Of a stretch of 64,000 nt of DNA, positions 10,560 through 19,425 are shown piece after piece. Numbering within the stretch: position 1 is the first letter of the stretch; every line of letters starts with the position of its first letter. The stretch is taken from positions 318,533-382,532 of the forward strand of contig CAWDSA010000002.1 in assembly GCA_963804845.1 (NCBI GenBank), read 5' to 3'. The notes beneath the pieces were generated by a model. It did no database searches, was not told the origin of the DNA, and saw only the letters and a program-made list of their open reading frames with translations. Made by a program: the position numbers and the translations under genes. This stretch comes from an uncultured Actinomycetota bacterium (lineage in GTDB: Bacteria; Actinomycetota; Actinomycetes; Propionibacteriales; Nocardioidaceae).

Positions 10560-11681
10560 TTGCCCGAGCTGCCTTTCAGTCTTGTCGCGTCAAACGAACT
10601 GTCAGCACGAACTTCGTGCGTGCAACGCGATATGGCGAGCGATGCCCTCTGCGAGGAGTGGGGGGACGGCGTTGCCGATCTGGCTGCTCGCATTTCCGCC
10701 TTGGTGCCGAACCAGAGAAAGTCGTCCCGGAATCCTTGCAGCTTGGCGGCCTCCAGATGCGTGATCGCACGGTCGGCCGCTGGATGGAGATACCTGCCCT
10801 TCTCTGGCTTCCAGAACTCGGTGCGGATAGTGACTGACGGGTCGTCCCATCTCAGGCGTCCCATGACGTCGGCGGACCCAGTGGAATGCCCGCGCCAACA
10901 TGGTGCGAGGAGGTGCTCGGGAAGGTCGTAGCGATTGCCGCCTGCCGGGATATGTCGGTACCTCTCGAGCGAGAGGTCGGTCGGCCGTCGGCCGACGTGT
11001 AGTTCGATCGTCTTGTAGCTGCCTCGGAACCGAGCTTGCCGTTGACCATTGCGCTGGTGGTTGGGAAGATCGAAGGTAGTCCACGGTCGGTGCGATGTCG
11101 CCGATTGCGTTTCGCACGGTCACCCAAGCACCTCGATCGGGAACGTGCCCCGTCGGCAGGCCGGGGTGCCTCGACGTCGCGGCGGCTACCGATGATCACC
11201 GCCCTCTTGCGGACCTGGGGTGTCCCAAACGTGGCAGCGTTGAGCACGCCGAACTCGACTCGGTATGCGGAGAGCCGCCCGCTTCGGTGGGTCTCCCGCC
11301 GCAGGTCTCGGAACTGACCGGACCTGAGGAAGTCGGCGACGTTCTCCATCACGAAGTAGCGCGGAGACGTCAAGGCCAAGGTCTCGACGTAGCGACGCCA
11401 GAGCGCATTCCTGGGATCACGCACGCGGCGCGCGCCGAGATTCGAGAAGCCCTACAGGGCGGGCCTCCGATGACCACGTCCACTGCGGATACATCTCCGC
11501 AGATCCAATCCGCGATGTCGCCTGTGTAAACGCGCGTCGACGTGTGGTTAGCTGCAAAGGTAGCGGCGGCATAGGCGTTGCGCTCGATGGCCTCAACAGT
11601 GTGAAAGTCGCCCGCGCGAACAAATCCTTCACTGAGGCCGCCAGCGCCTGCGAACAGGTCGAGGACGCGCAGCGCTGGCAT
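10556..11681 (-). pseudogene. DNA (cytosine-5) methyltransferase, at least 5 frameshifts
   Basis: Motif I LDLFAGAGGLSEGF and motif IV GGPPC lie in frame 11370..12095. One nucleotide is missing exactly at the PCQ codon (ccc tgt agg gct; inserting c gives PPCQGFSNLGARRVRDPRNALW). ENV (FVMENV) and QVRKR lie in 10852..11424. QIGNAVPPLLAEGIARHI lies in 10602..11123. RLRWDDPSVTIRTEF...ITHLEAAKLQGFRDDF lies in 10556..10864. Confidence 0.85.
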
Positions 11682-11934
11682 GCTAGCAACCCTAGTGGCT
11701 TGACACAGGTCACGACTCCCGTGTGGGTTCTCCGGCGCTGCGTGTCTCGAGATGGCGAACGCTACGGGCAGATCGAGGGGCACTGGACGGGTAGAACGGT
11801 GCGCCGCGACCGGCGAAATGGCATCCGTGCCTTCCTCGACGCGAGAGGCTACGAGCGACACTCTCCAATCTAAGGAGACTTCTTGGACTCGACACCCACG
11901 GGAGGTGCGCTGCCAGCGAAGGCGGTCCGCCTGT

Positions 11935-13119
11935 ATGACGCACTTTGTTCGGAAACGTGCGCCCAGCGTCTCTGAGATTGCTGACCTGGCTATCTCTCTG
12001 GCGGGAGAGCGGAACGGTGCGCCAGATGGCAGACCGAACGGCAGACCTGGCCTCAACTGGGGGGCCCGGATCGTTGACCACCCTCGTGGTACCACTCCTT
12101 CTCCGTTGCGGTGGCATCGAGGTGCCGAAGGTTGGAGTCCCCGGGAGGCCCGCCGGTGGGATCGACGTGCTCGCTATGGTTCCCGGCTACGAGTGGAGTC
12201 TCAGCGCCGATGGATTCGAGCGGTCCCTGGCCCAGTGCGGCTACGCCCACACTGCCGCAAACGCCGAGTGGGCGCCTGCCGAACGCAGCTCTCTTCGCCC
12301 TGCGCCAGAGTTCTCACGGCACCCAGCAGGTGCCAGCACTGGTCGTCGCCAAGCTCGCCTGCAAAGAAGTTGGCTGCCGGCGTCCGCACGCCAGCTCTGG
12401 AGGCGCGGGTAGCAGCACACGGCAACTTTGGGGCAAGCCGGGACGATGCTCGACGGAATGCGGTGCTCTACTACGAGGTCGCCGAGTCCCTCGGCATGCG
12501 TCCGGTCGTGTTCGTGACGGGATGCGAGTGTGCCCTGCCAGCCGTACATCGGTCGTGGCGAGGCACTAATGGCTGTAGATCTGATAGCCCACCAGAACGA
12601 AGGTGATGATTGGCTTGGTCGTCACCGCGGAAAACTTTGCTCGTCGATGGCGAAGCACATCAGTGGCACAAGTCAACGCGGGAACTTGGTCCCGAGCAGG
12701 CGTTCCGACAGGCCGACGCGGACGATGCATGGAGTGTGCTTGAGGCACATCTTCGCGCTCAGGGGACCTCGGCTGAGTCATGGGTGGCCGCCGTAGGGCG
12801 CGCATCTCGCGCCTCGCGGACAACGCTTACGGCGCCTCGCCCGGGGTTCGTCCACTACAACCTGGTGAATATCCGGCGATGTCTGACCGAGGCGAATGAT
12901 CCTGCATTGGGCGACGCCCGCAGCGATGGATCCCTCGAGCCTTTTGTCGATTCGGCTGGCTGTACGTTGCTCGTCGAAAGTGGGGTCGAGGTGCGTGCTG
13001 GCGACCCGGTGCTGGATGTGAGGATGTCGGCGGGTCCGCATCCAGAGACCAACAGTCTTTTTGAGATCCAGTCTCAACCCGTACCTCGTGACAATCAGAT
13101 CTGGGAGATCTTCGACTAG
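11935..13119 (+). pseudogene. thymidine/pyrimidine-nucleoside phosphorylase-fold protein (divergent, short N-terminus), about 3-4 frameshifts
   Basis: [50 protein letters not shown] (11945 frame) aligns by eye with this window's own DeoA: [61 protein letters not shown]...VPALVVAKLACKEVG (12111 frame) matches PADKKLYALRD...IPLIASSIMSKKIA. FGASRDDARRNAVLYYEVAESLGMRPVVFVT lies in the 11752 frame. The C-terminal AGCTLLVESGVEVRAGDPVLDV lies in 12610..13119. Confidence 0.6.
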
Positions 13120-15696
13120 TGCAGAACTACACATGCTTCTGGCATCCCGAACTGGGGTATGGCGAGCGCGCCATCGACGATCCGTGCGATCAGTGCGGGC
13201 GTCCGATGGACCATCCGTTGAACGAGCCGCCTGACCAGGTCGGTGAGTACCGGATCGTCGCCACATTGGACCGCGGCTACTACGCGGCGACTTACGTGGC
13301 GGAGCAGGCTGGCGTAATCACGCGTCGGGTCTGTCTCAAGATCGCCCCCGCCGAGTTGTACGAACGGCTCGCCAAGGACTTCGAGGCGGAGTGCCGCGCA
13401 CATCAGCAGGTCGCTGAAGGTACGGCTCACCTGGTCGAGATTCAGGGCGCCTTTCGGGTGCCGGTGAATTTTGGAGCGGACCCGGACGCCGTCGACTGTC
13501 AAGTGGCAGTCCTCGATTACGTGCCCGGAGTTTCGTTGCGCAGCATCCTCGAGGGAGAGACGCAAATATCTACTCCGCTCCAGTGGCGCAGATAGCGATG
13601 GATCTGCTCGAGTTACTTGGCGAGCTCGAGCAGCGCCAGATGTACCACAACGATCTACACCCTGGAAACATCATCGTCCGCGAACTCGAAGACCGGGAGC
13701 AACGCGGCGGAGACCTGATCGATGCCTTCGTCCAGACCATTGCCGTCGACATGGGGTCGGTGCCTCGATAGCAGCAAGACCGGCGACGAGTCCGACCGGC
13801 TAGCTGACACCCATCAGGTGACTCAACACCTGATGAAGCTCGCTCGTCGCCTCAGTTCGGATCCTGCGGATGCGTCCGACGCCGACTATCGGTTGAGCCG
13901 AACGCTGAACGACATCGCCACTCTGTTGAAGCCGCGACAGCCTCCGGCAGCGTGGACAGCGCTACGCCGACTTGCAGCGAATGATTCGCACGGCCTTTGA
14001 CATCGCCAACTCTCCTTGGAAAGCGCCGTCGGGAGGCCTGTCGAGCATGTCCGACTCGTACAACGCGCAGACCATGCACGCGTGGTTCATACCAAGGCTG
14101 CTTGTGGACCCAGACGGAAACTGGCAGCGCCGTGTTGAGGCTCCCGGACCACTCGTCGTCACCGGAATGCGCGGTTGCGGGAAGACGATGCTCCTCCGGC
14201 GCCCTGCAGTTCCACGCGCGCGCCATCCTCGCCCAAGAACGTGTCTCGGCAACGGAGGGCACGACTCAGGAAATCGCACAGTTGCTTCGTAACGATGGCT
14301 ATGTCGGGCTCTATGTCTCCTGTGGACGTCTACTCGACGGCCTGGGCCAACCTCAGACTGACGCCAACGAGCCTTTCACCCGGCTATTCCTCTGCTATGC
14401 GAGGGAAGCCCTCCTAGCCCTGCGTCACCTGAGCGAAGTCGCTGGACTCGACGCCGGTTCGCCGTCGCCTGGCACAATCGCCGACATCGTCAACGGCCTC
14501 GTTGACCACGCCAAGCTCCCATCTGGTGCAAGTTCCTTCGTGCTAGAGCGGGAACTCGATTCCATGCTCCAGACGTTGGAGAGAGGCCACTCCCAGTATC
14601 AACTCAACAGCAGCCCGTCGAACGCAATGCCCAGGCTCGCCGACGCAGTTCGACGATCATCGCGACTGTGGGAGGGCCAGCGAGTCCTTTTCCTTCTGGA
14701 CGACGTGTCAACCCGGAACCTCCGCGAAGACTCAATCAGAACCCTGCTGTCGCGGTTGATGTTCACGAATGAGACCTGCGCCTTCAAGGTGACAACGGAG
14801 GCTCAGACGCTGGAACTGGTCCTCAAGTCACCCGGCCTAGTCGAATCTGCCCGGATTGGTCGCGACTACGAGACCTTCGATCTCGCTGCAGACATCCACG
14901 AGCTTCTCCGCGCGGATCACGGACGAAAAGGGCGTGCCACTTCATCGCCCAAGTACTCGAGAAGCGCAGCGAGCTCACAGGCCGACACCCGACCAGAACC
15001 CCACTTGAGGTACTCGGCGACCAGTCGCTCATCGACATCGCGCGCAGCATCGTCAACTCGACGGCGTCGTCCACCGAGCGCAAGCACGTATATCGCGGCA
15101 TGAGCGCTATAGCGGCTGTGTGCGTCGGCGACATCGGAGACGTCATCTCGATCTATCAGATGATACCTCGACAACGCCGATCGCGCAGGTCGCACGACGA
15201 CGTTTCCCGTTGCCGACGAGTTCCAGTCCAAGGCGTTCCAGGAGTACTGCTCGAAAGAGATCTGGAGACTCAACCGTCGTGCCGGGCGTCTCAAGAACTT
15301 CGCCGATGGGTTCGCCCTTGCAGCACACGAACTCCTCATGCAGTCGGGCCGCGCGGCGGGGCCAGAGCGCCTCCGGCAGTACAGCAGCATCTACGTTCGA
15401 GTAACGACAGGCGACCAAGAGCGACAGCTCCAGCAACTGCGCGAGCTCGTCCACGCTGGCGTCTTCGTGCTCACAGGCGCGCCAGACGCGCCTAGGACGA
15501 AGACACGAGACGGTGACCCCCTCACCCAGTACATCCTGACCTACAGGAAGCTTCTCGGAATCTCGCGCTATATCGGTCTCGCACAGCGGGATCGGTTCGA
15601 GCTGTCGGGTAAGAGCCTCGAAGAGTGGCTCAACGGCGAAGGCGACACTAGCGAGGTCTTGAAACGAAACGTCCAGACCGAATCGCCCGAGGGTGA
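13119..15696 (+). pseudogene. Ser/Thr protein-kinase-like domain fused to a P-loop NTPase (ORC/Cdc6- or STAND-like AAA) with a C-terminal wHTH-like region; at least 6 frameshifts
   Basis: GTG 13119 overlaps the upstream stop (TAGTG). Kinase N-lobe YRIVATLDRGYYAATYVAE...RRVCLKIA lies in 13119..13595. Catalytic loop YHNDLHPGNIIV and AVDMGS lie in 13583..13771. Walker A VVTGMRGCGKTMLLR is at 14164-14187. Walker B RVLFLLDDVS is at about 14681-14710 in 13997..15103. The C-terminus YRKLLGISRYIGLAQRDRFELSGKSLEEWL lies in 15338..16078. The 3' end is uncertain. Confidence 0.6.
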
Positions 15697-16848
15697 GGAA
15701 GGTGAAGATCCTCCGACGACCAAGAGCGGGCACCACGGGGCGGGGGCGTATCGCGCACCGCCCGAAGACAGTCAAAGTCGAACCGGGACCGACACTGTTC
15801 GACGGACCTGGCGAGGCCTCGCTCACCGCTTCCAGCTCAACTGTCGTCGAACATCAGGTCCTGACTGCGATCCCTCGCGAGATCAGCGCTCAAGAACTGA
15901 GAAAAAATCGACATTACAGAGTTCATTGTCGGCCTCGGATTCGAGGACCGCGCCATCGAGTCGTTCGGTCGCGTTCTGGAGACGGTGGACCCGCCGCGAA
16001 CCTACGCTGTTCGCTACCCGGTTCCTGCTCACGCCCCGGAGATCCTTGCAAAGCTTGAAGCGGCCGGAAGCGCAGTAGAGCATATCCCAAGCACCGATCA
16101 CGACTTCGCTCAACAGCCGGACCCTGGCCTCGGCCTCGTCGACATCACAGGGCTGTCGAAACGGTTCATCTACTCATCGATCCGCAACCTGCTGCTTCGA
16201 GATGGCAAAGTGATCGTTGCTCACACGGCCTCGGAGACGAGCTCACCCGCTGCAGGACGAGGTGCGTAGAAGCGGCTCGAACTGACTAGAAACCTCGACA
16301 TCTTTGCTCGCCTCGAAGCCTTCAATGACATCCTGACAGGCGAGTCGCCGAGTTACTCATTCGTGAGGCTCGGCGAGGGGAAGTAGCCCACGACGGGCGC
16401 CGTCGCGTGCTGCTCGCAGCAAGTTCCGCGAAGTACGAGCGGCTCTTCTCGCTGCTCCAAGAGCGCGACTACGACCACGTAGAAATAGCGATCCCAATGG
16501 ACGGTTCTCCTCAGGCCGAACTCGCCGAACTCGCCGGGTTTGTCGCGGCGCAGGACTACCACGCGTGCGATCTGCGGCCGATGGACTGAGAAATCTGCAG
16601 TTGCTCGTCGGCGAAATCGAGAGGGACTACTGGCGGTATTACGGCGACCAGAACTTCAACGTCGAAGTCGGCCTGACGGGATCGAAACTGCATGCGGTGG
16701 CGATGGCAATCGCCAGCGCGGATCTGAAGTTCGCTCAAAGGTCGGGACGTCGCCCCGGCGTCATACGATCCGGAGCTCGCCATTCTCCTCAGGGTCGGGG
16801 CAGACACGCTTCTATCTGGTTGAACGGCGGCGGCAGGTGGGGGAATGA
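15693..16848 (+). pseudogene. Rossmann-like protein with weak Csa3/CARF-type motifs; frameshifts and in-frame stops
   Basis: A possible GTGA start/stop overlap at 15693-15696 is conditional on the upstream gene terminating in a third frame, which I could not establish. A frame switch occurs at the A6 run 15902-15907. My translation is KIDITEFIVGLGFEDRAIESFGRVLETVDPPRTYAVRYPVPAH...LVDITGLSKRFIYSSIRNLLLRDGKVIVAHTA, followed by an in-frame TAG at 16267-16269. It continues with ...RLFSLLQERDYDHVEIAIP... and NFNVEVGLTGSKLHAVAMAIASADLKF. Family assignment is tentative. Confidence 0.35.
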
Positions 16849-17132
16849 CGTACGTCATCGACGTCTTCCCCCGTTCGGAGTTCGCGCCGACGAGGTTGCT
16901 CCCGACCCGGCCCTCGATGCCGCATTGGAAAGGCATGCACTGAACGCTACGGCGTTGAGAGCCGATACCGACGAAGACGTCGACTGTCCGCGGGGACACC
17001 CAGCCCAAGTGGCCTCTTGGCTTGGTCGTTCGTACCTCGTCGTCCTATTGGCGGGCTTCGTCCGGTGTCAGCGAAACCCGACCGACCGCGGCCGGAGCGA
17101 GGTCGCCTGCGCGAGCGGCGGAATGGGCTCAG

Positions 17133-18011
17133 CTACCGCCGTACCTCCGCCACCTCATCCAGCCGACCCAGCTTGAGCGGGTTGCGGATGGCGAGGATGC
17201 GGGTGATGCGGCCGTCCTCGACGGTGAAGGTCATGGCGGTCTCGAGCTCGCCGGCGGGGTCGAGGCGGGCGGCGAGGGAGCCGTTGAGCAGGAGGGTGAC
17301 GACCTGGATGTCGGGGGCGGCCTCGGCGAGGCGGGAGAGGGCGTTGGCGACGCGGTGGGCGCCGCTGATCGGGCGCGGGAGGGCCGGGGCCAGTCCGCCG
17401 CCGTCCCCGACCACGACGACGTCGGGGGCGAGGACGTCGAGGAGGCCGGGCAGGTCGCCGGTGAGGAGGGCGGCGAGGAACCGTTCGACGACCTGCTCCT
17501 GCTCGGCCCGGCTCACCGTCGTACGCGGCCGTCGCGCGGCGACGTGCTGACGCGCCCGGCGGGCGATCTGGCGTACGGCGGCCGGTGACTTGTCGAGGGC
17601 GATCGCGATCTCGTCGTGGGGTACGTCGAAGACCTCGCGCAGCACGAAGACCGCCCGCTCGGTCGGCAGCAACGTCTCCAGCACGGCGAGCATCGCGATC
17701 GACAGGCTCTCGGCGAGCTCGACGTCGTCGGCCACGTCGGGGCTGGTCAGCAGCGGCTCGGGCAGCCACTCCCCGACGTAGTCCTCCCGCTGCCGCGCCA
17801 ACGTCCGCATCCGGTTCAGCGCCTGCCGGGTGACGACGCGGACCAGGTAGGCGCGCGGGTCGCGCACCTCGGCCCGCGCGGCCTCGCCGATGCCGTCCCA
17901 CCGCAGCCACGTCTCCTGTACGACGTCCTCCGCGTCGGCCGCGGAGCCGGTCATCTCGTAGGCGACCGTGAACAGCAGGCTGCGGTGCGCCACGAACGGG
18001 TCGTCGTCCAC
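17133..18011 (-). CDS. ECF sigma factor, group ECF41-like (sigma-70 regions 2 and 4 plus a SnoaL-like C-terminal extension)
   Basis: FVAHRSLLFTVAYEMTGSAADAEDVVQETWLRW is region 2. AVFVLREVFDVPHDEIAIALDKSPAAVRQIARRARQHV is region 4. The C-terminal extension is about 100 aa. GTG 18011 lies 4 nt after the upstream CMD gene stop. Confidence 0.85.
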   Translation of the reverse strand: MDDDPFVAHRSLLFTVAYEMTGSAADAEDVVQETWLRWDGIGEAARAEVRDPRAYLVRVVTRQALNRMRTLARQREDYVGEWLPEPLLTSPDVADDVELAESLSIAMLAVLETLLPTERAVFVLREVFDVPHDEIAIALDKSPAAVRQIARRARQHVAARRPRTTVSRAEQEQVVERFLAALLTGDLPGLLDVLAPDVVVVGDGGGLAPALPRPISGAHRVANALSRLAEAAPDIQVVTLLLNGSLAARLDPAGELETAMTFTVEDGRITRILAIRNPLKLGRLDEVAEVRR

Positions 18012-18015
18012 GGCT

Positions 18016-18597
18016 CTAGGACACCACGACCGGCCGGGCGAGCGGCTCGAGCCCACAGGCCTCGGCGAACTCCTCCGACCGGATGCCGAGCGCGATGTTG
18101 GTGCGGGCAGCCAGGTTCATGAAGCCGATCCGCGCGGTCAGCTCCAGCACCGCCGGCGCACCCAGGTCGTCGAGCAGCGCCGCGACCATCTCGTCGGTCG
18201 CGGCCGGCGGCGTCTGGCTGACCGCCTCGGCGTACTCCATCGCCCGCCGCTCCACCGCCGTGAAGACCTCCGACTCCCGCCAGCGCGGGACCTCGCGCGC
18301 CTTGCGCTCGTCGAGACCCCGGTGGTGGGTCATGAAGTAGTTGAGGTCCAGGCAGGCGCTGCAGCCGATGTAGGCAGCGGTGGCCATGACGGTGTACGCC
18401 GCGAGGTTCGGCTCGACCTTGTCCCACTTCTCCGTCTTGCGGCCGATGCTCATCATGTCCTTGAAGACCTGCGGGTGGTGCCACATGACCCCGGCCGAGT
18501 TGGGCACCTTGCCGAGCATCTTCCTCATCGCGAACTTCAGCACTCCCCCGTAGATGCCGGTGATCTCGGTCGCGGGGATGCGTGCGGTCTGTGCCAT
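18016..18597 (-). CDS. carboxymuconolactone decarboxylase (AhpD-like) family protein
   Basis: Last 193 codons of track ORF 18016..20250, starting MAQTARIPATEITGIYGG...AAYIGCSACLDLNYF. ATG 18597-18595 is preceded by GGAGGAG. Confidence 0.9.
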   Translation of the reverse strand: MAQTARIPATEITGIYGGVLKFAMRKMLGKVPNSAGVMWHHPQVFKDMMSIGRKTEKWDKVEPNLAAYTVMATAAYIGCSACLDLNYFMTHHRGLDERKAREVPRWRESEVFTAVERRAMEYAEAVSQTPPAATDEMVAALLDDLGAPAVLELTARIGFMNLAARTNIALGIRSEEFAEACGLEPLARPVVVS

Positions 18598-18633
18598 CTC
18601 TCCTCCATCGGTTGTTCGTCGTGTCCCCATGAA

Positions 18634-18660
18634 GACACCGGCGGGCGGCGAAATGTGACA
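18634..18660 (-). promoter_or_regulatory. ECF41-type promoter TGTCACA-N16-TGTC upstream of the CMD-sigma operon
   Basis: The minus strand reads TGTCACA tttcgccgcccgccgg TGTC, ending 37 nt before the CMD ATG. The published ECF41 consensus, as I recall it, is TGTCACA-N16-CGTC. Confidence 0.55.
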
Positions 18661-18813
18661 TGCCGGCGCGGCGACCGACGCCAGCCTCGTTTCACCCTCA
18701 TGGGGTGAGCCGGTGACTGCTCGACGGCCACAGGGTGTCCTGTGAGACCTGCGACTCAGAAGCTGAGAACCCAGACCTGAAACGCCAGACCTGGAGCTGG
18801 AGGGAACCCTGCT

Positions 18814-19296
18814 GTGACGACGAAGAGTGCATTCACCGAGGACGAGTGGACCCGGATCACGCGAGCGCCGTTCGTGGCCGGGATGGCGATCTCGCTCGCC
18901 GATCCCGGCGGCCCGATCGAGGCCACGAAGGAAACAATCGCGACGCTCAAGAGCGCCACGAACCCGCCGAGCCGCGAGCAACTCCTGGCAGAGGTGGCGC
19001 TCGAGATCCAAGCAATGGCGCAGCAGAAGCGGAGCCCGCTGAAGGGGTACAGACCCTCGGGGGACGGTCCTCCGGCGGGAGAGCAAGTCCTTGAGGAGCT
19101 GCGTGCGACGCATGCGCTGGTTGCCGCCAAGGCCGAACCCGAGGAAGCAGCTGCGTTCGGGCGGTGGCTGGTCACCGCTGCTCAGGCAGCTGCCGATGCC
19201 GCCAAGGAGGGCGGTTTCATGGGGTTCGGCGCACAGCAGGTCAGCGACCGCGAGGAGGCCATGCTGGACCAGGTCCGCGCGGCCGTTTCCGGATGA
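18814..19296 (+). CDS. conserved hypothetical protein
   Basis: 160 aa intact ORF with normal composition (MTTKSAFTEDEWTRITRAPFVAGMAISLADPGGPIEATKE...). No family recognised. Confidence 0.55.
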   Translation: MTTKSAFTEDEWTRITRAPFVAGMAISLADPGGPIEATKETIATLKSATNPPSREQLLAEVALEIQAMAQQKRSPLKGYRPSGDGPPAGEQVLEELRATHALVAAKAEPEEAAAFGRWLVTAAQAAADAAKEGGFMGFGAQQVSDREEAMLDQVRAAVSG

Positions 19297-19397
19297 CATC
19301 ATCGGCCGGTCACAGGTGACAAAAGTGCGGCGTACGCGGGCCACTTGTCGTCCACAGTTCAGCCCCCTCTGACCCTGTCCACAGGCCTCCGATCGGG

Positions 19398-19419
19398 TGT
19401 CAGTGGTGGGTGGTTGAGT
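19398..19419 (+). promoter_or_regulatory. possible RecA-independent DNA-damage (PafBC/RecA-NDp-like) promoter, leaderless
   Basis: TGTCAGTG (19398-19405), 8 nt, then TTGAGT (19414-19419), compared with the recalled consensus tTGTCRgtg-N8-TAnnnT. The hexamer ends 6 nt before ATG 19426. The -10 lacks the conserved A at position 2. Confidence 0.3.
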
Positions 19420-19425
19420 GAGGTC

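Larger units (their letters stand above)
7970..17120. other. lower-GC genomic island of decayed defence-type genes (no integrase, transposase or tRNA seen)
   Basis: Visibly AT-richer than the flanks, for example gaaaaaatcgacattacagagttcattgtc at 15901. All recognisable genes are fragmented. Bounded by the DASS transporter start and the ECF sigma stop. Confidence 0.65.

Noticed and set aside
19374-19387. Palindromic 14-mer CCTGTCCACAGGCC, also present at 41214-41227; both copies are upstream of gene starts
   Set aside because: For a 64 kb high-GC window several identical 14-mer pairs are expected by chance: roughly N squared over 2 times 4 to the 14th is on the order of a few. I found only two copies, so it is not enough to call an operator.
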